Shown in pieces: positions 1-12,962 of a stretch of DNA of 64,000 nucleotides (its first letter is position 1; the number at the start of each line of letters is the position of its first letter). The stretch is from Dictyostelium discoideum (lineage: Eukaryota): positions 1,024,001 to 1,088,000 of the forward strand of contig CM000154.2 in the NCBI GenBank assembly GCA_000004695.1. Direction: 5' to 3'. The notes beneath the pieces are model-generated. The model was not told the origin of the DNA. It worked only from the letters and a program-made list of their open reading frames with translations, and did no database searches. The translations under genes were made by a program, and so were the position numbers.

Positions 1-940
1 GAAATTATAAAAATAGAAAAAAATCCTTTGGCCCAAACTTGCAACCTATTTTTTTATTTTGATTAATTTTTATATTATTTTATTTATTTATTTTTTTCCC
101 TTTTATTTTTTTTATTTAATTTAATTTTATTTTATTTTATTTTATTTTGTTTTGTTTTGTTTTATTTTGTTTTGTTTTATTTTGTTTTATTTTATTTTAT
201 TTTTGTTTTATTTTTTTGTTGTTCAATAAAATAATTTTTACTCTCCCATTAGTACTTTTTCGATTCGATAATTTAAGAAATAATACAGAACCAAAAAAGT
301 TTGAATCTAATTACATTATTTTTTTTTTAATTGAATTTTTCTAATTTAATTTTAATTTTTTTTTTTTTTTTTTTTTTTTTTTTCAAAATTTTTTAATTAA
401 ATTTTTTAAATTAATTTTAAATTTTTTTTTTTTTTAATATTTTCTAAAACAACTTAAACAGTCACCATGTGTCAACAAAGAAATAACATTTTTTTTAATA
501 ATCCTCAAAATAAATTTTTAGTTTAAAAATCAATTTTTTTTTTTTTTTTACTCTTTTTTTTTTTTTCAATTGTCTTTACAAAAAAAAAAAAAAAAAAAAA
601 AATAAAAATAAAATAAAATAAAAACAAAAAATCAAAAAATCAAAAAATCAAAAAATCAAAAAATCAAAACCGAAAAAGTGATTCGTTCGTTTTACAAAAA
701 AAAAAAAAAAATAAAAATAATCATTCTGAAAAATAATTGTCATCATTTTTTTTTTTTTTATTTTTTTTCGAAATAAAATTTTAAAAAAAGGTTTTATAAA
801 CTTATTTTATAAACTTATAATTTTATAATTATTTTTTATTTTTTATTTTTTATTATAAAATAATAATATAAGAAAAATAATTTAATAATATAAGAAAAAT
901 AATTTAATAAATAATTTTGTTGGAATAAAATCTTAAAGGA

Positions 941-2224
941 ATGGAAAATCATAATAATTCTTTAAAATTGGGTATTAATTCTAATGATGAATTCCCACCA
1001 CCACCACCACCACCACCACCATCAACAACAACAAAACCAACATTTTCATCAGAACAATATATACCAAGAGCAATTATTTTAGAGATTGTTAAAGAGATTT
1101 CTGAATCTATTCCAAAGTTTCGCGAAAAGAATTATTTTTTCTCTCATTCGTCAAAAAAGGAAGAATCAACAATTGATCGTAAATCAATACAATATCACTC
1201 AAATAGAATATTATTAAAAGATTTAATTTTAAATGATAAAGAAAATAAAGAAAAAATTATTTATAAAAATTCAACAATTACTAATAATAAAAATAAAAAA
1301 GAAGAAGAAGAAGAGAAAGAAGAAGAAGAGGAAGATCAAGTAAAAGAAATAAAAGAAGAAGAAGAAGATAAAGAAATTGAAACTATTCATATTTGGCAAC
1401 CAAAAGTATTAAAACAAAGAAAGAATGATAGTTGTGGATATTATTGTTTATATAATTCATTAACTATATTAAATAGTTGTTTCATTGGTACTGAAGAGGA
1501 AGCTAAATCAATCTATTCAGAATATTTGGAGAGTAGAGTATTATTTTGGCATTTCTATTGGGTATCGATAAAATTATTCCTAGAGAAATCTAAACAAAAG
1601 AAAAAAGATAAACAATCAAGATATCCATGGAATGAAAAGTGTATTCTAAAGGGTGTATTAGAGAGATCCTATGTGGAATATATGTTTAAAAGCGGTGTAA
1701 ATGATAATATGAATATGATAAGTCGTCAACATTATCCAATCACAGTTTTACCAGACTGGGCCATTCAGTCATTGAAAAACAATCGTTTACCAATCGATGA
1801 AATTAAAGAAATGGAACGAATTTCACAACTATTTAAATCAAGTTCAAACTATACCCATGTATTTATGATTGGTCAATCGATTCATTGGATTACCATAGTA
1901 ATCAATAAAGTTAACAATCATTCGGAATTAATCGTTTTGGATAGTAGAAATCATAATTTACTTGGTGCTACCGATGATGAAGTAATGCAATTGGTTAACA
2001 AACATCCAGAACTCTCTGACCATATGAGAAAAAGTTATCTCTTCTCTTTAATTGAACCAAAATTAATTGTCCAAATTTTAAAAGATTGTATGTTGGGTGA
2101 TGCAGATTTAACTAAAACTTTATTACAATTAAATTTAACTTGTTTCTTGGAAAATTTCTATTCACATGTAAATAATCATAATGATAATGATAATACTTTA
2201 TCAATTTTTAATAATTTAAATATA

Positions 2225-2293
<69 letters not shown>

Positions 2294-2420
2294 TATAAAA
2301 CTACCAATATAACAACTACAACCAAAACAACAACTAAAACTACTTCTATTTCATCATCATCTTCAATGACAACAACAACATTTACATCATCAACATCAAC
2401 ATCATCAACATCAACATCAA

Positions 2421-2475
<55 letters not shown>

Positions 2476-2749
2476 CTCAAATATAACACAACAACAACAA
2501 CTTATTTATTGGCTAGAGAATTACTGGCCACCATCAGTTATTGAATATAATATATGTCAAGTTTTAGATTCAATAATAACAACAAAAGAAGATATGGATA
2601 AATATTTAGAATGCCATATATTAGAATCACTCTCAGTTTGGATTAAAAGTACTTCTGATCATTTAAAAAATCATTCTGATGTTAAATTAATTCAAAGATT
2701 TTCAGTTACAATGAATTGGTTTGATAAAAAATTTTTAAATTTCCAATAA
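941..2749 (+). CDS. Josephin-like papain-fold cysteine protease domain protein with a poly-Asn/Ser/Thr low-complexity C-terminal half; probably single-exon
   Basis: 602-aa ORF. Gln-x5-Cys motif (KQRKNDSCGYYCLYNSL) followed by a His box (HWITIVINKV...ELIVLDS). This parallels the ataxin-3 Josephin motifs QEGSLCAQHCLNNLL and HWFTVRKLGKQWFNLNS. AT-rich flanks. Confidence 0.5.
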
Positions 2750-2956
2750 TCAACCTTTTTTTTTTTTTTTTCCTTAACAATTTTTTATTTATTTTTTTTT
2801 TTTTCCAACTTTTACCTTTTCCTTCTCTTTTTTTTTTTTTTAAAAAAAAAATTTTAATAAAGAAAAATAAATAACATTTTATTAAACTATTTTTTTAATT
2901 ATTTTAAATTTTATTTTATTATTATTTTTTATTTTATTTTAAAATTTATTTTATTA

Positions 2957-3312
2957 TTATTTTTTTCCTTCTTTTTCCTTTTGTTGTTCTTGTTGTTCTT
3001 CTTCTTCATTTGGTGAAACTAAAACTTTTAATAATTCAGAAACAATTTTAACATTTAAACTATTACCAATTAATCTATAACATTGTATAGTTGTTAATTT
3101 TGGTGAAAATTTAAATTCTTCAGGGAAACCATGTAATCTTGTAATCTCTTTTGGTGAAAAGTATCTTAATTTTAATGGTATTAATGATTTATTATCATTT
3201 ATATCTGCTTTGAAATTATTATCCATTTGAATTATACTACCTGTACCTTCAATAAATTTTCCATAACTCTTTGTTACACAATTACTAGTTTTACTATCTT
3301 TTTGTTTTATAT
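2957..3312 (-). CDS. dnmA: dnmA (DNMT2 tRNA/DNA cytosine-5 methyltransferase), exon 3 of 3, includes stop
   Basis: C-terminal DNMT2 motifs (LRYFSPKEITRLHGFPEEFKFSPKLTTIQCYRLIGNSLNV). Acceptor AG at 3314-3313. Phase-1 junction gives GMLF|D|IKQ. Total CDS is 1140 nt, i.e. 379 aa, the length I recall for D. discoideum DnmA (from memory, not checked). Confidence 0.85.
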
Positions 3313-3318
3313 CTAAGT

Positions 3319-3428
<110 letters not shown>

Positions 3429-3495
3429 TATAATTATAATAATTAATAAAAATATATATATAAATATTTTTTTTTTATAAATTTTAAAAACATAC

Positions 3496-4120
3496 CAAAT
3501 AACATTCCCTTTGAAAGTAATAAATTATGAGGTACTTTATATTTTTCATATAATTCATCATCTGTTAAATCTTTATCGAAATAATTTGAAATTTCATCAC
3601 ACTCTTCTAATGTTGTATGAAAATCATAACCTGGAATATGATCTAAAATTTTTAAATTATCATATTTATTTTGTTCATTATTATTATTACTATTATTATT
3701 TAATTTATTTTCATCAACCTTTTCATTATGTTTGTCTTGTTCTTTTTTAAAATTTAATTTACCATTTCTTTTTGCAATACAAAAGTATCTTAATCTTTGA
3801 TTTGCTAAACCAAATTGTTGTGGTGATAAATGAAATTCTTGAAAACTATAATTCATTTTAATTAATGTATCTAAAAGGTGATCACGAGTATTCGATGAAC
3901 CTTTCTTTGCAAATCCAAAAACATTTTCAATTAGAATATATGTTGGTGGATCTTTTATTTTGGTTAAAACATCCAATAAATGAAAAAAACTATTGGTTCT
4001 ATTATCTTGATCATCTTTTTGTAATCCTAATCTTGTAAATGGTTGACATGGTGGACTCATTAACCATGCATTCGCTTTAAATCCTTCTAACTCTTCAACA
4101 CTATATGATTCTATACTTTT
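3496..4120 (-). CDS. dnmA: dnmA exon 2 of 3
   Basis: Contains motif IV PPCQPFTR and the ENV motif (YILIENVFGF). Donor GTATGT at 3495-3490. The intron carries an (ATT)n array. Confidence 0.85.
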
Positions 4121-4130
4121 CTATAAAATT

Positions 4131-4381
<251 letters not shown>

Positions 4382-4414
4382 TATATAGTGATCACAAACA
4401 AATTAGATATTTAC

Positions 4415-4573
4415 TTGACTTGAGTCTTCATTGAATGTATATTTATAATTTAAATTTGCATTTGTATTAATATCAAATGATTGAATCACTTGAAAATCAA
4501 CTCCTGATTCCTGTAAACCATAGTGCATACCACCAATTCCACTATAAAATTCTAATACTCTCAATTGTTCCAT
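4415..4573 (-). CDS. dnmA: dnmA exon 1 of 3 (start codon 4573-4571)
   Basis: MEQLRVLEFYSGIGGMHYGLQ is motif I, matching human DNMT2 MEPLRVLELYSGVGGMHHAL. Donor GTAAAT follows codon 53. The 294-bp intron 1 is filled with (ATT/TAT)n. Confidence 0.85.
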
Positions 4574-5613
4574 TTTTTTTTGGATTTTTTTTTCTTGTAC
4601 AAAAACGTTTTACGAATTATTTAAAAAAAAAAAAAAATAAAAAATAAAATGAAAAAAAAAAAAAATAAAAAAAAAATAAAAAAAAATAAAAAAATAACAT
4701 TATTAAATTACCCAAATAATCTATATCTAAAATAAAAAAAATAAAAAAAAAGAAAATTATATTTTTATAAAACTTAAAAAAACAGATTTTAATTTATAAA
4801 TCTGTTTTTTTGTTTTTTTTTAATTTAAAAAAATCTTTCAATTAATTTTTAATTTTTTATTCGATTTTTGTTATTTTTAAATTTTATTTCATTTGTTGTT
4901 TTTAAAAAAAAAATAAATGAATTAAATCTGGATTATTTTTTTTATTTTTTTTTTTTTTTCTCGTTGTTCCTTAGGAAATAAAAAAACAATTACAAAAATT
5001 GAATGACAAATAAAAAATTCTTAAAATATTAAAAAAAAAAAAAAAAACAGGATTGTTTCATTCATTTTTTTTATGTTTTAAATCATTTTGTGTATTTTTG
5101 AGTGCTCTATTTTTATATACCAAATTCATTTAGAAATAAATAAAATTATGTCATTGTTTAAATAAAAAAATAAAAAATAAAAAAAGAAAATATTAATATT
5201 TATTAATTGTGTTTATTAATAATATTATTTTTATTTTTTATTAAATTAAAACATAAAAAAAACTTGAAAGTGAATCTAAACATTTTTTTTTTTTTTTTCT
5301 TTAAACTTGATTTGTCACCAATCGAAAAATCATTTGACTTTGTATTTGGCGCCTAAATTTAAAATTCCAAAAAAAAAAAAAAAAAAAATTTTTCTTTTTT
5401 TTTTTTTTTTTTTTTTTTTTCTTTATTTAATTTAATTTAATTATTTTCTTCCCCATTCGTTGGACAACAATAATTAATTAAAATCTTTATTTTTTTTTTA
5501 TTGTTAATAATAAAAAAAATAATCACCTTCACACACACAACACACACACCAATCTTCACTGTAAATAGATTTGTAAATTACTAAAAAAAAAATAAAATAT
5601 AAAAAAAAAAAAG

Positions 5614-5844
5614 ATGGAACAAATTGATAAAATAGAAATACTTCTAAGAGAATATTCATATTTAGCAATGGGAAAAATAAGAGAGGTAGAAATATTATTA
5701 AAGTCATCAAGATTATTTGAAAATATACCAAAACAATACCACGATCAATGTGTAGTTGGTTTATTTGCCATTTCAATTATTTTAGTTTCCTTAATGTTTT
5801 CATTAATCTTTAAAAAAGGTTCATCAAATAAAAAAAAACAACTT
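5614..5844 (+). CDS. Hypothetical membrane protein exon 1 (N-terminal TM helix)
   Basis: ATG at 5614. Hydrophobic stretch VVGLFAISIILVSLMFSLIF. Donor GTAAGT at 5845. Confidence 0.5.
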
Positions 5845-5908
5845 GTAAGTGTTATCCTTATTTTTTGAATTTTTTTATTTTTTTATTTTATAAAATTATT
5901 AATTAAAG

Positions 5909-6307
5909 TTTATAAAGAAAACACAAAATAAACAGCAAACACCAATTAAATCACCAATTAAACAACAACAAACTCCAAATAAGAAACAACAAACTCCAAA
6001 TAAACAACATCAACAAACTCCAAACAAAAATCAAACTCCAAATAAAAATCAAACTCCAAATAAAAATCAAACTCCAATCAAATCACCAAAGGTTTCATCA
6101 AATAAATTTGAATACCCAGAAGATGACCAACAACACGAAGAATATATTTCACCTGAAAAACCAGCCGCTCGTAAAGCTAAAACTCCATCAAAGAATAAAT
6201 TGAACATGTGCTTTAGTCCACCAACTGATGCCACTCGTAAGAGAGTACCAGTAACTAGATTTGCCACCGATGCTTCAATCAATTCTAAAAAGAAATATTC
6301 AAAATAA
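5909..6307 (+). CDS. Hypothetical membrane protein exon 2 (TPNK/Q-rich repeats, basic C-terminus), includes stop
   Basis: Acceptor TTAAAG at 5903-5908. Open in phase 0 to TAA at 6305-6307. The (QTPNK)n repeats encode a proline-directed motif. Confidence 0.45.
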   Translation, partial: FIKKTQNKQQTPIKSPIKQQQTPNKKQQTPNKQHQQTPNKNQTPNKNQTPNKNQTPIKSPKVSSNKFEYPEDDQQHEEYISPEKPAARKAKTPSKNKLNMCFSPPTDATRKRVPVTRFATDASINSKKKYSK

Positions 6308-6354
6308 TTATTTTCATTTGATCCTTTTTAGGTTTCTTTGCTTTTTTTTTTTTG

Positions 6355-6402
<48 letters not shown>

Positions 6403-6841
6403 AGCAAGTATCAATATTATGATTAATAATATCTAATTATAATAAATTTTAAACTAAAAAAAAAAAAAAAAAAAAAAAATTAAAATTAAAAATAAAAAAA
6501 AAAATTAAAATTAAAATTAAAAAAAAAATTAAAAATTTTTATTATTAAAAAAAATATATTTGTTTCATTTTCTTAAATTTATGAAATTTCAAAATTTTTA
6601 GTGATCATTCAAACGAAAGCTAAAAACTAACCAGGGGTCGGGTTTTATACCTGAAAAAAAAATTAAAAATAAAAAAAATAAAAAAAAAATTAAAAACCCA
6701 ACAAAACGTAGGTGGGAAAAAAAAAATATCTTGAAACCTTTTTTTTTTTTTTTAAATTTTTTTTTTTTTTTTTTTTTTTTTCACCAATATTATATTTTAA
6801 TTTACAAATACTCCTTTATGTATCTATTAGATTTTTAGAAA

Positions 6842-6866
6842 ATGAATTTCAGAAATATTGATTGGG
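6842..6866 (+). CDS. P2X receptor family gene exon 1 (MNFRNIDW)
   Basis: The ATG and a phase-1 GT donor give MNFRNIDW|D, which continues into exon 2 to form the P2X N-terminal motif YSTIKIVRIRDKRLG. The AT-rich 106-nt intron is tentative. Confidence 0.4.
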
Positions 6867-6972
6867 GTAAAAAAAAAAAAAAAATAAAAAAAAAATAAAA
6901 ATAAAAATAAAAATTAAAAAAAATAAAAATAAAAAAGTTCAACAATTCTAATACTAATTTCATTTACCAAAG

Positions 6973-7028
6973 ACTCATTATTTTCCTATTCCACAATTAA
7001 GATTGTAAGAATAAGGGATAAGAGACTA
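6973..7028 (+). CDS. P2X receptor family gene exon 2
   Basis: DSLFSYSTIKIVRIRDKRL resembles the human P2X4 N-terminal motif YDTPRIVLIRSRKVG. Donor GTAAGT at 7029. Confidence 0.5.
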
Positions 7029-7107
7029 GTAAGTTTGGTTTTTTTTTATTATTTTTTCCAATTTTCCAGTTTTTTTTTAGATAATTAATTTAAAAATATT
7101 TTTATAG

Positions 7108-7930
7108 GGAATTCTTCATTTTGCATTCTTAATAGGTATTATTTTATATATTATTGTTGGTACTATATTTTTACAAAAGAAATATTTGGTATTAGAGTCA
7201 CCAATAGGATCGATTAGAACCTCATTAATGGCACCAAGTGTTAAACCAACAGATTTACCATATTGTTTAAAAAATGGAACAGATACATCATATGATGGAT
7301 ATCCAAATAAACCATGTCAATATTGGGATGAATATTTAGTATTATATCCTCCATCAGAGGAGAGTTCAATGTTTATTACGACTAGATGTACTCAAGAAAC
7401 TCAATCAACAGTTAATGGATGTAATTTAAGTGAACCTACATGTGTATACAATACAACATCATCATCAGATTTCTATATAGCCAATGTGGAGAATTTTACA
7501 ATCTTATTGGATCACACATTATCTGCGCCAAGTCTAGGAATTCAATATAATGGAGCGCAATTAAATGGGCAATTATTGGATACCGATGGTAACCCAATGT
7601 CATTGCCACCACCAAATATTGTAGGTGTTAAAGGTTCACCAGATATAATGAGTTTACAAGGAGTCTTAACTGCTGCTGGTGTTGAATCATTGGATAGTCA
7701 AGGTTTAGCAAATAAAAGTCGTACAATTCGTGATGATGGTATTTTAATTTTATGTTTTATTACATATAGTAATACTTATACATATAATACTGGAAATTAC
7801 CATTACACTTATCAATTCAAATTGGTTCAAAATACAAAGTATAAAATTGTTGAACCAGTTTTCACTAAAGATGTTGAAGATAGGTATATTTTTGATCGTC
7901 ATGGAGTTAGAATTATTTTTATTCAAACTG
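7108..7930 (+). CDS. P2X receptor family gene exon 3 (TM1 plus the cysteine-rich ectodomain)
   Basis: Acceptor TTTTATAG. TM1 is GILHFAFLIGIILYIIVGTIF followed by LQKKYL. The ectodomain has conserved Cys pairs. Donor G|GTAATT is in phase 1. Confidence 0.8.
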
Positions 7931-7985
7931 GTAATTATTAATTGCAAAAATAGAAATTTTCATTTTCATTTTTTTATACTAATAA

Positions 7986-8152
<167 letters not shown>

Positions 8153-8164
8153 TAAAATAAAAAG

Positions 8165-8427
8165 GTCAATTAGGTCAATTTGATTTCCAAACAATGTTAT
8201 TAACATTTGTATCAGGTATAGGTTTAGTTACAGCTGCTTCATTAATTGTGGATATTATTGCTACTAGAATTATGCCCCAAAGAAGTAGATATCAAGAATT
8301 AAAATTCCAAGATTCTTCAATTAACAATACTCAAAAAACACCAACAAATGATCATACTCCATTATTAAAAGATAATGAAGATACAATTAATGAAAATTCA
8401 TATCAAAATAATAGTTATGAGAAATAA
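8165..8427 (+). CDS. P2X receptor family gene exon 4 (TM2 and C-terminus), includes stop
   Basis: Acceptor AAAAAG at 8164. TM2 is MLLTFVSGIGLVTAASLIVDII. The 234-nt intron carries an (ATT)n array. Confidence 0.8.
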
Positions 8428-8758
8428 TAATAATTTACTTTTAACAAATATATTAATCGGGTAATAAAATAAATTGTAAATAAAAAATTTAAAAAATTAA
8501 AAAAAAAAAAAAAACAGATAGACAATATCTTTTTTTAATTATTTTTTTTTTTTTTTTTTTATCAAAATTAAAGTGGGTTTGTTTTTTTTTTTTTTTTTTT
8601 TAATTTTTAGTGTAATAAAGACAATACTTTTTTTTTTTCATCCTTTAAATAATAATTAACATATATAAATTAAATTCCAAGGTTTAAAAAAACAAGGGGA
8701 ATTCCTTTTTTTTTTCCCATTCTTCAAATAATTAATAATATTAATATATATATTTAAA

Positions 8759-10031
8759 ATGGATAATAAAAATGAAATACTATTTTGGAAAGTTTTTAAA
8801 AATCAATATCAACTAAAAATAATATTTTATCAAATAAAAAAATACAGAATGGGAAGTTATTAAAGATCCATTTAGAATCAATGAAAACAATAAGATTAGA
8901 TTAAACGATGTAAACAGTTTATCACGTTTATTAAAAAGTTTTTCATTATTTAAATATAAAATTGAAAATCAAGATTATATTAATATTAAAAAACATGAAA
9001 TTCAATCATTTTTCAATGGTAGTTTAATTAATAATTCAAAGGAACCTTTGAAATTTAAATATTGTTTAGAGACATTATCAAAGAGAAGAATTGATTTTGA
9101 AAATTGTGATTTAACAAAAGAAGCAATTAGATATAAAAACATTGAAGCATTGAAAGTATTAATTAATAAACCTTATTCAATGATAGTTTTTCAATCTTCA
9201 TTTGAATATGCAATTAAATTTTGTTCAGCAATACTCGTAAAAGAGATTTTAATTACAAATGAAAATAGTCACAGCAATCCAATATTAAAAATTTCAAAAA
9301 ATGAATTAATTGGAATGAATTTATTAAAATTGGCATCAGGAAATTATTTCCATTTTGAAGAAATGCTAAATTTAATATTATTCAACGAAATCAGTTTTAA
9401 ATTATATAATGAAAATTCAAAAATTAATTTTATTTCATTTAAAAAAATAAAATCTTATAAAATATTAAAAAGATTAATGGATGAAGATTTAGTTGAAAAC
9501 CCCAACTCTAAATCCAATCACTTTTGAAAATTATAATTTAAATGATCCATTAGAAATAATTTTAATAATTTTAAATATTAGTTTCAAATATTTTTGTGAA
9601 ATTTATTTTGATTGTTTTATAGGTAAAAATAACTTTTTAAAAGTAACAAAAGAATTTAAATTAAAAATTGATCAAATAAAATGGAACAATTTTTAATATC
9701 ATTAAAAATCAACCAAGAAAATAAATTTAAACAATTGGAAAAATTCTATATTGAAGAAATGGATAATCCATTCCTTAAAGGTTTCGTTAATGGTGAAATA
9801 AAATATTGTGAATTAGTTAAAAAATATTATCCAAATCAATTCAAAATAACAAAATCATCAATTATAAAAGCAATTTCTTTTGATAATATCCATATTATAA
9901 AATATTATTATCAAGAAAAAAATTATATTGGTTTAAATAATTCATTTAAATCTGATATTCAATTATTTGAATTTTTAATTTTAGAATTAAAAAATCATCA
10001 AGATTATAAATTACATTTAGAATGGTTATAA
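8759..10031 (+). pseudogene. Frame-disrupted member of a Dictyostelium-specific family (N-terminal ILFWKVFKNQY motif typical of ankyrin/FNIP-repeat family proteins); at least 3 frameshifts
   Basis: Four consecutive open segments in three frames are joined by 1-nt shifts at an A7 run near 8836, a C4 run near 9510 and near 9690. No GT-AG introns can explain the shifts. Confidence 0.4.
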
Positions 10032-10450
10032 TAAATGAATAAATAAATAAACAAATTATTATTATTAATTATTATGTATTATTATTAATTATTATTATAT
10101 AAAACAAGTGATAATTAAATTTTAAGAAATCACAAAATCTGTTTTTTTTCTAAATTTTTAATCAAAAAAATATTGTTTTTTTTTTTTTTTTTTTTATCTC
10201 AAAAAAAAAAAAATGAGAAAATAATAAAAATCTTTTAAGAAAATTGAAAATTATTAAAAAATTACATTCCCATAATAATGATATTGTTGACCTTTATTTA
10301 TCAAAAAACTATTTTTAAATTAAAACTTTAGTAACACAAAAAAAAGCATTATTTTTTTAAAACAAACAAAAATGGATAGTCGCTATCACTTTATTTAGTG
10401 CAAGGTGTATCCATACTTTGAAAACCTGCCACCCCAAAAAAACAAAATTT

Positions 10451-10500
10451 GTTGGTTGAGGCATTATGGGAATTCTTTCTAATCCCCAACCAACTCCCCA
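10451..10500 (+). ncRNA. Candidate small structured ncRNA (Class-I-like): 5' GTTGGTTGAGG pairs with 3' CCCCAACCAAC around a 22-nt loop
   Basis: Near-perfect 11-bp terminal stem. A GC-rich island sits in the AT desert. Upstream is a DUSE-like motif CACCCCAAAAA. A T-run follows the element. Confidence 0.3.
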
Positions 10501-10768
10501 TTTTAATTTAAAGAAAAAAAAAATAATAAATAAAAAATAAATATTAAATAAAAAATTATAAAAATTAATAAATAATATTTTTATTAATTATATTTTTATA
10601 ATTTTTTTATTTTAAGTTTTTATTTAAATTTTAATTTTTAAGGAAAACATTTTAAAAAATTAATATTTCTATTATTATTATTTTTATTATTATTATTAAA
10701 ATTATTATTTTTATTTTTATTTTATTTTTTTTATTTTTTTATTATTATTTTTTTTTTTTTTTTTTTTT

Positions 10769-11494
10769 TTAATATGTCCACATATTAATTGGAGGGTGTT
10801 CAAATAAAGCTGATGATAACATATTACCAGTAGAGGAAAGTCTTAATTTATTAAGTACGATTCCAGTTGGATATTGTTGTGAATTTGAAGTTGCAGAGAC
10901 ATAGTATAAAATTTGTTGAGTTGTATGACCAGCGATTGTATAAATTTTTGTAGAAACTGATCTGGAAGCACTATTTGAAAAATAACCCATATCATAGAAT
11001 GTAGTAGTAGCTGGATAAAGTTTAAATAAATCAGTAATTGGAGTTGGGGAATAATTGTTAACTAAATCAACAAAACTGTATACAAGATTGGTAATTGGAA
11101 TATAAACAGAGTTGTATGGTGAACTTGCAATATTATAATTGGTTGGAATACTTGAAATAGTACATTTATTTGAAGATTGTAATTGACCACCTTGAGTATA
11201 GCTATTTACAAATAGACCAGTTGTATTTGAAAAGACTACACTATAGATTTGAGTTGCCCAATTAAATGCACTTGATGAAAATTGACCATTAATTACATCA
11301 ATAACTTTATAATTATTTGAAGTTGGTGCTAATTTTGTGACTGAAAAGGTTCCAACTGGATTTTGATTTGAAAGTCCTGAAATTACCATTGTTGAAAAAT
11401 AATTGAATTGACTAGCAGTTTGATCTGATGTTATACTAGAAATTAAATAATTTTCTTTTGGAAAGTTCATTACTGCTGGTGTTGGTAACCAACC
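10769..11494 (-). CDS. Secreted protein exon 2 (Ser/Thr/Asn/Tyr-rich, no recognised domain), includes stop; acceptor is ambiguous
   Basis: Long open frame. Of the two adjacent AGs, only the second (exon start 11494) keeps phase 0, so this boundary is uncertain. Confidence 0.5.
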   Translation of the reverse strand, partial: GWLPTPAVMNFPKENYLISSITSDQTASQFNYFSTMVISGLSNQNPVGTFSVTKLAPTSNNYKVIDVINGQFSSSAFNWATQIYSVVFSNTTGLFVNSYTQGGQLQSSNKCTISSIPTNYNIASSPYNSVYIPITNLVYSFVDLVNNYSPTPITDLFKLYPATTTFYDMGYFSNSASRSVSTKIYTIAGHTTQQILYYVSATSNSQQYPTGIVLNKLRLSSTGNMLSSALFEHPPINMWTY

Positions 11495-11540
11495 CTCACC
11501 TGTATAAACATATAAATAAAAGTAATCATTTGAAGTCTAA

Positions 11541-11571
<31 letters not shown>

Positions 11572-11633
11572 AATTAGAAAAGATAAATAATTTTTTTAAT
11601 TTATTTTTTATATATATATATATTTTTACTTAC

Positions 11634-11879
11634 AGTTGATTGACCCAATGCACTAATTTCATTTGTTTTTGAATTATATGTTGAAGTTTGACTTGAAATG
11701 AATTGGAAATTATCAATTTCAACACCTGCAATATAATATGCAGCATCCAAATCTATATTTCCCATATATGCTGTTGTTCCATTATTCCAAATTGAATATG
11801 CCCATTGATCTTGTGCTTTTGCTATAAATGAAAAAATACTGCAAACAATTAATGCAACAATTATTATTTTTGAATCCAT
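11634..11879 (-). CDS. Secreted protein exon 1 (signal peptide MDSKIIIVALIVCSIFSFIAKA)
   Basis: ATG at 11879. Cleavable signal peptide. Donor GTAAGT at 11633. Confidence 0.55.
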
Positions 11880-12457
11880 TTACTTTTTCTTTGTTTTTGT
11901 TTTGGGTGTCAATGGTTTTTTTTTTTTTTTTTTTTTTATATAGTTTTATTGAACATAAAATAAAATAAAAAAAAAAATTTTAAAAAAAAAAAAATAAAAA
12001 AATCTAGATATTCAATAGTTGGTGTTAACATTATTTGAAAAAAAAAAAAAATATCTGATTCTATTTTTTTTTTAATTATTTTATTTTTTTATTTTTTTTT
12101 TTTTATTTTATTATGACGTAAGATTACGAAATTACCCTGGTTTTAAGGGAAAACACATCACCAAATTTTAATTTTAATTATTATAAATTTTATAGGATAT
12201 TTTTCAATCTGTTAAAAAAATCTTGAGCACCAAAAAATAGGATTATATTTGTTGTGATTTGCGTGTGTCTAAATATCCTTTGGTGCAATATTGGTTCCCT
12301 ATATAAATCAATAAAAAAAAAAAAAAAAAAAAAGATATTTGTTTGGATTAAAGATAAAAACAAAAACAAAAATAAACCCTAAAATTAAAAAAAAAAAACA
12401 AAAATAATGAAATAATGTTTTATATTATAATTTTAATTTTATTTGGAAATATTGAAT

Positions 12458-12582
12458 TTATACTGCACGTTTGACTTCAAAGAATCTACGGAGATAATAA
12501 ATTTGCCAAATACTTAATGCTATTAAAACAAATGCTTCAAAAACTGACCACCATAAAACTCTACTATTTGTACTTTCTGCGG
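12458..12582 (-). CDS. emp24/p24 exon 3 (TM helix plus cytosolic tail), includes stop
   Basis: [41 protein letters not shown] is the canonical p24 C-terminus. Total CDS is 618 nt, i.e. 205 aa. Confidence 0.85.
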
Positions 12583-12682
12583 CTATAATAAAAATAATAT
12601 TAGTAATTATACTTTTTTTTTATTTTAAAAAAAGGATTGTAGAGAGGAAAAAAAAAAAAAATTATAATAAGTGATACTTTAC

Positions 12683-12790
12683 TGTTTCTGTGAGCTGCTT
12701 CTCTCATTTTGAAATAATTTTGTTCATTTTTAACTGCAATAACACCATCTGATAAAGTCATAATTGATCTTTCAATTGGGGTTAAATCCT
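12683..12790 (-). CDS. emp24/p24 exon 2 (coiled-coil)
   Basis: KDLTPIERSIMTLSDGVIAVKNEQNYFKMREAAHRN. Acceptor TTAATTAG and donor GTAAAG. Confidence 0.85.
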
Positions 12791-12872
12791 CTAATTAATA
12801 TTAAAAAAAAAAAAATTGTTAATATATATTAATTATTTAATCTATTTTTATAATTTTATGTGAAAAAAAAAA

Positions 12873-12935
<63 letters not shown>

Positions 12936-12962
12936 TATATTTATAAAAAATTGATTACTTAC

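Noticed and set aside
147-344. 65-aa ORF and similar short ORFs in the first 940 bp
   Set aside because: Lies in extremely AT-rich low-complexity DNA (poly-F/L/I translations). No start context or homology. Treated as 5' intergenic.
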